Part shown: positions 34,372 through 43,213 of the stretch, one piece after another | Numbering within the stretch: the stretch's first letter is position 1 | Layout: every line of letters starts with the position of its first letter | Assembly (NCBI GenBank): GCA_038063975.1 | Contig: JBBTTY010000041.1 | Span: 1-55,876, forward strand | Direction: 5' to 3' | Source of the DNA: Patescibacteria group bacterium | GTDB lineage: Bacteria; Patescibacteriota; Minisyncoccia; Phycocordibacterales; UBA6065 | Length of the DNA: 55,876 nucleotides | The notes under the pieces: model-generated | Told to the model about the DNA's origin: nothing | Database searches by the model: none | Seen by the model: the letters and a program-made list of their open reading frames with translations, nothing else | Program-made: the position numbers and the translations under genes

Positions 34372-35628
34372 TCAGTTTTTTAGTTTAGCTATAAGTTCAT
34401 TTTCTGCAAGATGAAGTGTCTGCCCGGTCATTCTATTTTTTAATTCATGAGCTCCGGCCATAATGGTCTTTTGACTCACTACAATTCTCCATGGAATACC
34501 AATGAGGTCTGCGTCAGCAAATTTCTCTCCCGCACGGATATCTCTGTCGTCGTAGAGTGTCTCAATCCCCTCTTCCGTAAGTAATTCATAGAGTTCGTCT
34601 GCTTCTTTTCGTGTAATTCCATCGGTTTTATCTGGAAGCAATACAAGATGAACTCTGAAAGGCGCCACTGATTCCGGCCAAACGATACCGTTTTCATCTG
34701 AGAGAGTTTCAACAATTGTACCCATCACTCTACCTGGTCCTATACCGTATGAACCCATAATAACAGGTTTTTTATTTCCCGTTTCGTCAACGTATGTGAG
34801 TGCAAATGCATCAGAAAAACGAGTGCCGAGATTGAAAATGTTTCCGACTTCTATTGCTTTTTTCTCGACTAGATTTTTCCGATTCAGATTGAGATCTCTC
34901 AACACATCGTCAGTCAAAACTTCTTTATTTATGGCGATTTTCTTTTTCTCGTCTACATATATGACATCTTCACCTGTATCGCTCGTCGTTTGAAATTCGT
35001 GGGAGTATTTTGAAAAACTACCGCCGGAAGCAAAAGTAATATAAGTTTTTTCACCGAGACCGAGACGCTTCCAAACATTCATGTACGCTCTCTTGGTTTT
35101 TTCATAGAACTCTTCGTGGTCTTTTAGGTCTCTCGAAAAAGAATAGAGATCTTTCATCAGAAATTCCCGCCCTCGTATGATGCCTGATTTGGCGCGTTCC
35201 TCATTTCTGAATTTTGTTTGAAATTGATAGACATAGCGAGGTAAATCTCGATAAGAATGAATATAATCGCGCATGAGGGCGGTCAGAGGTTCTTCATGGG
35301 TAAAACCTAAACCGACTTCATTGCCATTTTTTAAATTTGTTTTGAACCAACTACTGACAACATCATCTGACCACCTACCAGTTGTTTCCCAAATTTTTTT
35401 GTCCTGCAGAGCTGTGAGAACCACTTCTTCTCCGCCTATAGCATTCATTTCCTCGCGGATGACTTGGATGATTTTGTTCAGTACACGCAAACCTAGAGGT
35501 AAATAGGAATAAACACCAGCTATTTCCTTGTGGATATATCCGGCACGGATGAGCAGTTGGGCATTTTTTGCCACTTCGTCTTTTGGAGCTTCTTTTCTGG
35601 TTTTTGTAAATAGTTGGCTTTGGCGCAT
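34372..35628 (-). CDS. proS: Proline--tRNA ligase (short form without large editing insertion)
   Basis: MRQSQLFTKTRKEAPKDE..., class II motifs, C-terminal anticodon-binding domain; start trimmed to ATG 35628. Confidence 0.88.
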   Translation of the reverse strand: MRQSQLFTKTRKEAPKDEVAKNAQLLIRAGYIHKEIAGVYSYLPLGLRVLNKIIQVIREEMNAIGGEEVVLTALQDKKIWETTGRWSDDVVSSWFKTNLKNGNEVGLGFTHEEPLTALMRDYIHSYRDLPRYVYQFQTKFRNEERAKSGIIRGREFLMKDLYSFSRDLKDHEEFYEKTKRAYMNVWKRLGLGEKTYITFASGGSFSKYSHEFQTTSDTGEDVIYVDEKKKIAINKEVLTDDVLRDLNLNRKNLVEKKAIEVGNIFNLGTRFSDAFALTYVDETGNKKPVIMGSYGIGPGRVMGTIVETLSDENGIVWPESVAPFRVHLVLLPDKTDGITRKEADELYELLTEEGIETLYDDRDIRAGEKFADADLIGIPWRIVVSQKTIMAGAHELKNRMTGQTLHLAENELIAKLKN

Positions 35629-35767
35629 AAAAAAGCAATTAGCTCTAATGGGCCAATAATAGCTCATTTAAAGCGTTTTGTAATGGGATTGACAGAAATA
35701 ATATTACTTGGTAGAAATACAGCGAATCCCGTCACTCTTCAACCTCTAACCTCTAATTCTGAAATCC

Positions 35768-36049
35768 ATGAATGCACTTATATCGCTTGTCCTGTTAGTC
35801 CTTTATCCGTTCATCGCCATTCGCCGGTATTTTGAGTACAAATATACCCAACCGGAGGAAGCCCGTAAGATTATACAAATCGGAGCCGGAGGTTTCATTG
35901 GCCTTTTGCTGATCTATACTGTTTTTTCCAGATTACCGGTTTCATCTTGGAAATATGCTCTGATAGCCATCATCGCCGGTTTTTACTTTTTATGCATGCA
36001 CGCATTCGTAAGAGTAAACTTCAGGCTCCGAGGTAAAACACCTGCTTGA
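35768..36049 (+). CDS. Small membrane protein, function unknown
   Basis: 93 aa, 3 predicted TM helices, followed by a terminator. Confidence 0.45.
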   Translation: MNALISLVLLVLYPFIAIRRYFEYKYTQPEEARKIIQIGAGGFIGLLLIYTVFSRLPVSSWKYALIAIIAGFYFLCMHAFVRVNFRLRGKTPA

Positions 36050-36074
36050 TTCTTAGAGCGGGAATTATCTTTTC

Positions 36075-36102
36075 AAAACACGTCCACAAGACGTGTTTTT
36101 TT
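36075..36102 (+). terminator. Intrinsic terminator
   Basis: AACACGTC CACAA GACGTGTT followed by TTTTT. Confidence 0.7.
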
Positions 36103-36107
36103 ACTGA

Positions 36108-36214
36108 AAAACAAAAATAGCAGATATAAGTCTTGCGCTACTCGGGACGGGACCCTTGCCTAAGGGCAACCCCGTCCCTCCGTTGCTCAGACTTATATCT
36201 GCTATTTTTGTTTT
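36108..36214 (+). repeat. Family-1 nested hairpin element, copy C
   Basis: 26-bp stem AAAACAAAAATAGCAGATATAAGTCT / AGACTTATATCTGCTATTTTTGTTTT around the 55-nt core 36134-36188. Confidence 0.88.
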
Positions 36215-36216
36215 CT

Positions 36217-37281
36217 TTAAAACAATTTCACCACATCCCTATAAGTCACAAAAAGCATAAAGAGAATGAGCAAACCAAAGCCTATGGCGTTTATGGTATT
36301 GGCTATTTTTGGAGAAATCATTTTTCTACGCACGGCTTCAATACCAACAAAAAGAATACGTCCGCCATCGAGAGCCGGAAAAGGAATGAGGTTTAGAACG
36401 GCTAAGTTAAGAGATATGAATGCTGTGAATGACAATAGATAGACAAAACCGAGTCTGCCTGCGTCACCTACCAGCCGAGCGATGCCTATGGGACCGGAAA
36501 TTTGAGAGATATCTCCCTGTCCTATGATAGCGTTATAAATGAGCATATAGATTCCGACAACTATATTTTTAGACATATAGACGGTCAGTTTCGCCCCTTC
36601 CCAGAAAGCGATATGAATGGGTAATTTTACTTTACCCACCATATCCATAGATATGCCCACGGCATATCTGTCTCCTAAAACTCCTTTTTCCGGAATGATC
36701 ACAATATCTTTTATATCCGCCAAGTGTTGTATTTGAAATGTCACAGGCCGACCGTCTGAATTTTTGATTACGTCTTGAACAGCGGATACTGTCGAAAAAG
36801 AAAGTATTTCATCTCCAGAAACCAATCCTGCTTTTTCGGCAGGAGAATTGGGCAATGTATCGACGATGATGACATGACTATCTGTAATATATTTCGAATT
36901 ATTTTCTGAAACGCCTGTTGTCATACCTGACATGAAAGCTATTCCAAATAAAAGCCAAGCAAACAAAATATTCATGACGATACCGGCAGCTAAAATGACA
37001 ACTTGTTTCCATCGAGATTTGTGAATAAAGCTACGTGAACTATCAGGTCCGGAAATAGACTGATCATCCGGACTCTCGCCAAATATTTTGACGAATCCAC
37101 CGAAAGGAATGACGTTTATGGAATATACGGTCTCTCCCTTTTTCCAACTCCAAATTTTTGGCGGAAAGCCGAGGCCAAATTCATCTACCCGCACACCACA
37201 TTTTTTGGCGGCGTAAAAATGGCCGAATTCATGGACGAGAATCAAAACCGCCAAAACAATTAAAAATAAAATAATAGTCAC
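36217..37281 (-). CDS. rseP: Site-2 (M50) RIP metalloprotease RseP
   Basis: HEFGHF zinc motif, PDZ domain (PAEKAGLVSGDEIL), C-terminal NLIPFPALDGG. Confidence 0.9.
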   Translation of the reverse strand: MTIILFLIVLAVLILVHEFGHFYAAKKCGVRVDEFGLGFPPKIWSWKKGETVYSINVIPFGGFVKIFGESPDDQSISGPDSSRSFIHKSRWKQVVILAAGIVMNILFAWLLFGIAFMSGMTTGVSENNSKYITDSHVIIVDTLPNSPAEKAGLVSGDEILSFSTVSAVQDVIKNSDGRPVTFQIQHLADIKDIVIIPEKGVLGDRYAVGISMDMVGKVKLPIHIAFWEGAKLTVYMSKNIVVGIYMLIYNAIIGQGDISQISGPIGIARLVGDAGRLGFVYLLSFTAFISLNLAVLNLIPFPALDGGRILFVGIEAVRRKMISPKIANTINAIGFGLLILFMLFVTYRDVVKLF

Positions 37282-37314
37282 AAATAATGCAAAAAAATCA
37301 AATATAAATAAATT

Positions 37315-37866
37315 CTAATTCAAAATCTCTTTTTCTTTTTTGGTCATTAGACTTTGCAGTCTCTCTGACGACTGATCTATGAGTTTCTGGCCTTCTGTTT
37401 TCAATCTGAATTTATCATCCTCGCTCATACCACCTTCTTTTTCTTTTTTTGCTATATCGCTATTTACCAGATCGCGATGTTTGCGCACTTGGATACGAGC
37501 TTGCTCAAATTTTACCGAAGCCATTTTTACGATTTCTCTCCGACGATCACTGGTCAGTTCAGGAAAAGAAACACGTATACCTCTATCATCTACGGCCACT
37601 GAAACACCCAGATTCGCCACCATGATGGATTTCTCTATTGATTTTACCAAAACCTGATCCCAAGGGGTGATGCGGATAGTGCGTGGATCTTCGTTTGTTA
37701 TACTGGCAAGACCGGAAATTGGCATATCAGAGCCGTAAGCTTCTACACGCACAATATCTAGGATAGACGGACTGGCACGATTGGTTCTGATAGAGCTGAG
37801 TTCTTTTTCTAGCCATTTTTCCGTGGTCAGCAAATCAGTTTTTAGTTTGCTAAAGTTGTATTGCAT
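37315..37866 (-). CDS. frr: Ribosome recycling factor
   Basis: 183 aa, RTNRASPSILD and LTSDRRREIVK signatures. Confidence 0.92.
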   Translation of the reverse strand: MQYNFSKLKTDLLTTEKWLEKELSSIRTNRASPSILDIVRVEAYGSDMPISGLASITNEDPRTIRITPWDQVLVKSIEKSIMVANLGVSVAVDDRGIRVSFPELTSDRRREIVKMASVKFEQARIQVRKHRDLVNSDIAKKEKEGGMSEDDKFRLKTEGQKLIDQSSERLQSLMTKKEKEILN

Positions 37867-37888
37867 ACATTTGTATATTCGTAATATA

Positions 37889-38539
37889 TCATAAATCGAG
37901 CAGAGCTACCCTCTCTAAAATCAATTTGAGCGATGGTGAGCGGTTTTTTAGATATTTTGAAAGAGATAAAATTTCTTTTATGACATCAGTTTTTTCTTTG
38001 AGTTTATTCTCGTGAAGCAGAGCAACTAGAGCGTTTAAAAAAACCTCTGCACCGGTTTTGTCTTTTTCTTCTATCATTTTTGCAACATCTATCAGACGAT
38101 CTCTTGGCGACATTGCGACAAACTGCGCCACTTCGTTTTTAAAAGAAATATTCACGGCTGAAGTATGATAGATAATGACCAAGCGAGAACGGAGTGTTGG
38201 TAAAAGTATGCGTGCGGATGATGAAATAATAAAAAAATGTGTACCAGCTGTCGGTTCCTCAAAAACTTTTAGAAGCGAGTTCTGTGCTTCGCTGGTAATA
38301 CTGGCAAGGGCAATGATAAATATCTTTTTGTCTCCTAAAACAGGCTTCATGGACTGCATATTTTGAAGTTCCCTGCCATCGTCTATGCCAAACGATTGAT
38401 GTTGGCTATAGTGAACGTCAGGATGTCCTTGGCGAGTTATATTGAAAGCGCTGTGCAAGAAGTTTTCTATTTCGGCGAGGACTGATTGCTTATGGCCTTC
38501 TATAAAATATGCGTGATGGAGAGATTCTTTTGAAAACAT
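37889..38539 (-). CDS. holB: DNA polymerase III delta-prime-like clamp-loader subunit (short)
   Basis: HAYFIEG, AQNSLLKVFEEP, LLPTLRSR (SRC) motifs; no Walker A lysine. Confidence 0.7.
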   Translation of the reverse strand: MFSKESLHHAYFIEGHKQSVLAEIENFLHSAFNITRQGHPDVHYSQHQSFGIDDGRELQNMQSMKPVLGDKKIFIIALASITSEAQNSLLKVFEEPTAGTHFFIISSSARILLPTLRSRLVIIYHTSAVNISFKNEVAQFVAMSPRDRLIDVAKMIEEKDKTGAEVFLNALVALLHENKLKEKTDVIKEILSLSKYLKNRSPSLKLILERVALLDL

Positions 38540-38597
38540 AGAGAAAGTATAGCAAATGAAAAGCGCTTAACCGAAGTTAAGTATTTTGCGGGAATAA

Positions 38598-39611
38598 CTA
38601 CCGCTTTGCAATAATCGTCTTCTTGTACATATCCAAATGTTCCAGAGCGATGCCCGTGCCTTTGGCGACGCAATACAGAGCGTCTTCGGCGAGGATGGCT
38701 TTGACGCCTATGCGACGAAAGACGAGTTCGGGGAGATTGCGGAGGAGTGAAGAGCCGCCGGTCATAATGATGCCGTGATCTATGATATCAGCCGAGAGTT
38801 CAGGAGGTGTTTCTTGGAGGACGTCCTTGATTGCTTTTATCATATCGCGCAATTCCTTGTTTATGGCTTTTACGATTTCATTTGTTTTTATTTCAGTTGA
38901 ACGAGGTAGGCCGGAAATAAAATCACGGCCTTTGATGGTGAGGATCAATTCTTCTTCCAGTGGCACAGCTGAACCGATTTTTATTTTTATCTCCTCGGCT
39001 GTTTTATCTCCGATGGCGAGGTTGAAAGTCTTTTTTATATAATCGGCGATAGCCGCATCTATCCTATTGCCCGCACATTTGACTGAAGTCGAGGCGACGA
39101 TGCCACCGAGAGAAATCACCGCCACATCCGTCGTGCCACCGCCTATATCTACGACCATGTGCCCTCTAGCCTCATGAATGGGAATGCCAGCGCCAATGGC
39201 CGCCAGAATCGGTTCTTTGACTACATAAGCGCTTTTTGCTCCCGCTTTGATGGTGGCTTCGATGACAGCGCGTCTTTCAGTCGAAGTAACGCCCGCTGGC
39301 ACAGAAATCAAAACTTCCGGTTTCCATATATTCCATTTACCCAGAGCTTTGTCTATAAAGTATCGAAGCATGGCTTCGGTTACGCGATAGTCGGCGATGA
39401 CCCCATCTTTCATAGGACGATAGGCTATGATTGATTCAGGTGTGCGACCAATCATATTTTTGGCCTCTACGCCAACAGCTAAGATTTTATTATCTTGTTC
39501 CGAAACAGCCACAACAGAGGGCTCGTTCAAAATGATTCCTTTGCCAGGCACAAAAACCAGCGTATTAGCCGTGCCTAAATCAATGCCCAGTTTTTTTGCA
39601 AATAGAACCAT
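38598..39611 (-). CDS. Second MreB/Mbl paralog
   Basis: LGIDLGTANTLVF, DIGGGTTDVAV; 337 aa. Confidence 0.9.
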   Translation of the reverse strand: MVLFAKKLGIDLGTANTLVFVPGKGIILNEPSVVAVSEQDNKILAVGVEAKNMIGRTPESIIAYRPMKDGVIADYRVTEAMLRYFIDKALGKWNIWKPEVLISVPAGVTSTERRAVIEATIKAGAKSAYVVKEPILAAIGAGIPIHEARGHMVVDIGGGTTDVAVISLGGIVASTSVKCAGNRIDAAIADYIKKTFNLAIGDKTAEEIKIKIGSAVPLEEELILTIKGRDFISGLPRSTEIKTNEIVKAINKELRDMIKAIKDVLQETPPELSADIIDHGIIMTGGSSLLRNLPELVFRRIGVKAILAEDALYCVAKGTGIALEHLDMYKKTIIAKR

Positions 39612-39707
39612 AAGCGACTTTACTATACGCTCTTTTTAATCTTTAGCGAATTGACAAATATTTTATTTACATTTCAAAATACATAGCGTATATGCTATGA
39701 TATATTT

Positions 39708-41243
39708 ATGTCAAAACAAACTGGACAAAAAGCCTTGATTTCCATAGGAGCGATGATCGCTCGATTGCGCGAAGACAGGCGCATGACCCAAGCTAGTCTC
39801 GGTAAAAAAATTAGTACGACCCAGAGCGTCATCGCCCGTATAGAAAAAGGTGAGCAGAATCTGTCTACCGAAACTTTGGCTAAACTTTCAAAAGCACTCA
39901 ATCACGAGATCGTAACCATATCAAAAGGTGGCACGGTTAATTTTCGCATTCATGGCAATCATAAACTCTCTGGCACGATCAAAGTTCGTACCTCAAAGAA
40001 TGGCGCGGTCGGAGTGATGTGCGCTTCCCTGCTCAATAGAGGAACGACTGTCATAAAAAATATTCCAAAAATAGAAGAAGTAAATCGTATGATTGAAGTT
40101 TTTGAATCAATCGGCGTAAAAGCCGAATGGAGAAATCTCGACCTCCACATCACTCCGCCAGAAAAATTTGCCATGAAAAATATAACTTATGATTCCGCAG
40201 CCAGAACCCGAACGGTCATTATGATGATAGGTTCTCTGATTCATCGCCTAAATGTATTTGATTTGCCGCAAATCGGCGGTTGTAAACTAGGCTCACGGAC
40301 CATAAAACCTTATTTCTACGCTCTGGAAAAACTTGGAATAAAGATAGAAACGAGCTCGAGATTTTATAAAATTTCACATAATGGCCTAAAAAGAAATCGT
40401 GAAATTATCATGTATGAAGCTGGAGACACGGTAACTGAAACGCTTCTCATGGCGGTCGCGCTCATACCTGGTAAAACCGTTATCAAATTCGCTTCGGCAA
40501 ATTATCAAGTACAGGATGTATGTTTTTATCTCGAATCACTCGGTGTAAAGATCGATGGTGTGGGCACTTCTGTCATGACCGTGCATGGTATCCCAGGTCC
40601 CATAAAAAAAGATGTTCGGTATTTTCTCTCCGAAGACCCTATAGAAGCCATGTCTCTCTTGACAGTCGCTATCGTTACGAAGTCTTCTATTACTATAGAG
40701 CGGTGTCCTATCGATTTTCTCGAACTCGAACTTTTGAAACTAGAAAAAATGGGTTTCAGATATAAAATTTTGAAGAGATATAAAGCCGAGAATGGCAAAA
40801 CAAATCTCGTTGACATAAAAACTTTTTTGGGGAAACTCCACGCTCTGGACGAAAAAATTCATGCCCTGCCCTATCCAGGCATAAATATGGACAATCTCCC
40901 GTTTTTTGCAATCATCGGTACGCAAGCGGAGGGAGAAACATTCATTCATGATTGGGTTTATGAGAAACGCGCTATATATTACAAAGAACTCGACAAATTG
41001 GGTGCTGAAACAATCCTCGCAGATCCTCATCGGTTTTATGTCAAAGGTCCGACAAAACTGAAAGCCACTGAAATCCTCTGTCCTCCCGCTCTGCGACCTT
41101 CTGTCATTATCATGATAGGCATGCTGGCCGCTGAAGGAACTTCTATATTACGCAATGTATATAATATAAATCGTGGATACGAAGATTTGGCTCACCGATT
41201 GAACTCTCTAGGTGCAAAGATTGAGGTCTTTAGGGATTTGTAG
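39708..41243 (+). CDS. murA: XRE-type HTH domain fused to UDP-GlcNAc 1-carboxyvinyltransferase (MurA)
   Basis: aa ~10-70 MTQASLGKKISTTQSVIARIEKGEQNLSTETLAKL (HTH_XRE); remainder aligns to MurA incl. TSKNGAV (Lys22 site) and GGCKLGSR (catalytic Cys loop). Confidence 0.8.
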   Translation: MSKQTGQKALISIGAMIARLREDRRMTQASLGKKISTTQSVIARIEKGEQNLSTETLAKLSKALNHEIVTISKGGTVNFRIHGNHKLSGTIKVRTSKNGAVGVMCASLLNRGTTVIKNIPKIEEVNRMIEVFESIGVKAEWRNLDLHITPPEKFAMKNITYDSAARTRTVIMMIGSLIHRLNVFDLPQIGGCKLGSRTIKPYFYALEKLGIKIETSSRFYKISHNGLKRNREIIMYEAGDTVTETLLMAVALIPGKTVIKFASANYQVQDVCFYLESLGVKIDGVGTSVMTVHGIPGPIKKDVRYFLSEDPIEAMSLLTVAIVTKSSITIERCPIDFLELELLKLEKMGFRYKILKRYKAENGKTNLVDIKTFLGKLHALDEKIHALPYPGINMDNLPFFAIIGTQAEGETFIHDWVYEKRAIYYKELDKLGAETILADPHRFYVKGPTKLKATEILCPPALRPSVIIMIGMLAAEGTSILRNVYNINRGYEDLAHRLNSLGAKIEVFRDL

Positions 41244-41255
41244 GATACTTTAATC

Positions 41256-43139
41256 ATGTATCTCATAAAAGCCATTCCTATCGCTCGCGGCATAGGTTTA
41301 GACACTCTCTCGTATTGGAGCTCTAAAAATGTAGTTTCGGGATCAATCATCCGAGTACCTCTACGTAAACGCAAAATAGGAGCCATCGTTATATCCTGTG
41401 AATCAGCTCTAGAAAGCAAATCTGAAATCAGAGGAGCAGATTTTTCTGTTAAAAAAATCACCGATACTCACGCACGCTCGATCATCTTTCCCCAATTCTT
41501 TAAAACCGCCGAACAAATGGCGCGTTATTATGCTTGCTCGGTTGGCAGTATTCTCTTTGAACTCTTGCCTAGTGCAATACTTTCTCAATATGAAAAACTG
41601 TCCCAAGCCAAAGAAATTATAAAAAGAGAAAGGCCGCGCGAATCTTTTGTTCTTCAAAAAAACGACGAAGATCGTTTTGCCCACTACAAGAGTCTTATCC
41701 GCGAGAAATTTGCCCGTAAAGAGTCTGTTTTTATGGTCATGCCTTCGGTGGAAGATATAAAAAAAGCCTGTTCATATTTTGAAAAAGGTATAGAACCCTA
41801 TACATACATAATTCACGGAGCACTTTCAAAAAATGAAATTATAAAACGATGGAAAGCCATAATGGAAGACAAACATCCTATAATCATTGTCGCTACGGGA
41901 TTATTTCTATCTATTCCTCGCGGAGATATAGGTATTATAATCATTGAACGAGAAAACTCCAGAAACTACAAAATTCAGTCGAGACCATATCTCGACTTTC
42001 GCCATATGGCGGAACATTTTGCCAGAGAAATAGGGGCGGATTTCATCGCTGGTGATTCATGTCTACGTATTGAAACTCTGTATCGGGAAACAGAAGGTGA
42101 TTTAGTTCAATATGCCCCTCTGTCTATGCGTTCCCTGTCTACGGCCCGAGATTCTCTTATGGATATGAAAGTCTATAAAAATGTCGAACATAAAATACGT
42201 ATACTTTCAGATGACTTGAAAGCTCTGGCAAATAAAAATCGCACGGAAAACGGCCTGCTGTTTATTTTTGCTGGCAGACGGGGTCTGGCTCCTCAGACGA
42301 TATGCGCCGATTGTGAAACTACTCTAGTCTGCGACTTATGCTCTTCTCCTTTGGTTCTCTACGGCAAAGATGGGTCAAAATTTTTTCTTTGCAATAAATG
42401 TGGCAAAAAGTTTGGCCCTGATCAAATATGCGAACAATGCGGCGGTTGGAGGCTTATTACTCTGGGTATAGGCACGGAAAAAATAGAAGAAGAGTTGAAG
42501 AAAATCATTCCGGAAGCAAAAATATGGCGACTGGACAAAATTTCCGCCCCATCCCACAAAAAAGCTATTGATATGGTAGAAAAGTGGTACGCTTCTCCTG
42601 GTAGTATTTTGATTGGTACGGAATTAGCCCTGCTCTATTTGGATAAACCGATTGATTACAGTGCCGTGGCTTCTTTAGATGCTCTCTTTTCCATTCCAGA
42701 CTTTCGCATAAATGAAAAAATATTTTCTATTATTTTAAAAATGCGCTCAATCACTCAAAAGCAATTTCTGCTCCAGACGAGAGTGCCTCTCATGGCAGTG
42801 CTCGGCTGGAGCGTCAAAGGTAATATCATTGATTTCTACCGCGATGAAATCGAAAGTCGGAGAAAATTTTCTTTTCCGCCATTTTCTACGTTTATAAAAA
42901 TTTCGTCCACCGGCAAAAAGCAAGATGTCCTAGACGCTATGGAAAAGCTCAAAGTGATTCTAGTTGGCTATGTCATAGACGTCTTTCCCGCTTTTATAGC
43001 CACGATCAAGGGCAATTATATCATGCATGCTTTGATAAAGCTCCAAAGTGGAGAATGGATAAATCAGGAATTATTGAATCGTTTGCGCAGTCTTCCGCCT
43101 AATTATGCAATAAATGTGGATCCTGAATCCATACTATAG
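41256..43139 (+). CDS. priA: Primosomal protein N' (PriA)-like, helicase ATPase motifs degenerate
   Basis: N-terminal 3' DNA-binding-like domain, Cys-rich Zn region CADC..CDLC..CNKC..CEQC; Walker A position reads QKNDEDRF and DExH position reads IERENS. Confidence 0.7.
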   Translation: MYLIKAIPIARGIGLDTLSYWSSKNVVSGSIIRVPLRKRKIGAIVISCESALESKSEIRGADFSVKKITDTHARSIIFPQFFKTAEQMARYYACSVGSILFELLPSAILSQYEKLSQAKEIIKRERPRESFVLQKNDEDRFAHYKSLIREKFARKESVFMVMPSVEDIKKACSYFEKGIEPYTYIIHGALSKNEIIKRWKAIMEDKHPIIIVATGLFLSIPRGDIGIIIIERENSRNYKIQSRPYLDFRHMAEHFAREIGADFIAGDSCLRIETLYRETEGDLVQYAPLSMRSLSTARDSLMDMKVYKNVEHKIRILSDDLKALANKNRTENGLLFIFAGRRGLAPQTICADCETTLVCDLCSSPLVLYGKDGSKFFLCNKCGKKFGPDQICEQCGGWRLITLGIGTEKIEEELKKIIPEAKIWRLDKISAPSHKKAIDMVEKWYASPGSILIGTELALLYLDKPIDYSAVASLDALFSIPDFRINEKIFSIILKMRSITQKQFLLQTRVPLMAVLGWSVKGNIIDFYRDEIESRRKFSFPPFSTFIKISSTGKKQDVLDAMEKLKVILVGYVIDVFPAFIATIKGNYIMHALIKLQSGEWINQELLNRLRSLPPNYAINVDPESIL

Positions 43140-43213
43140 ATTAGTCGATTTATCCTCTCTCATTTCACGAGATAAAGTTTTGTACCCGCAGGGCTTTCAT
43201 ATATACTCTAAAT

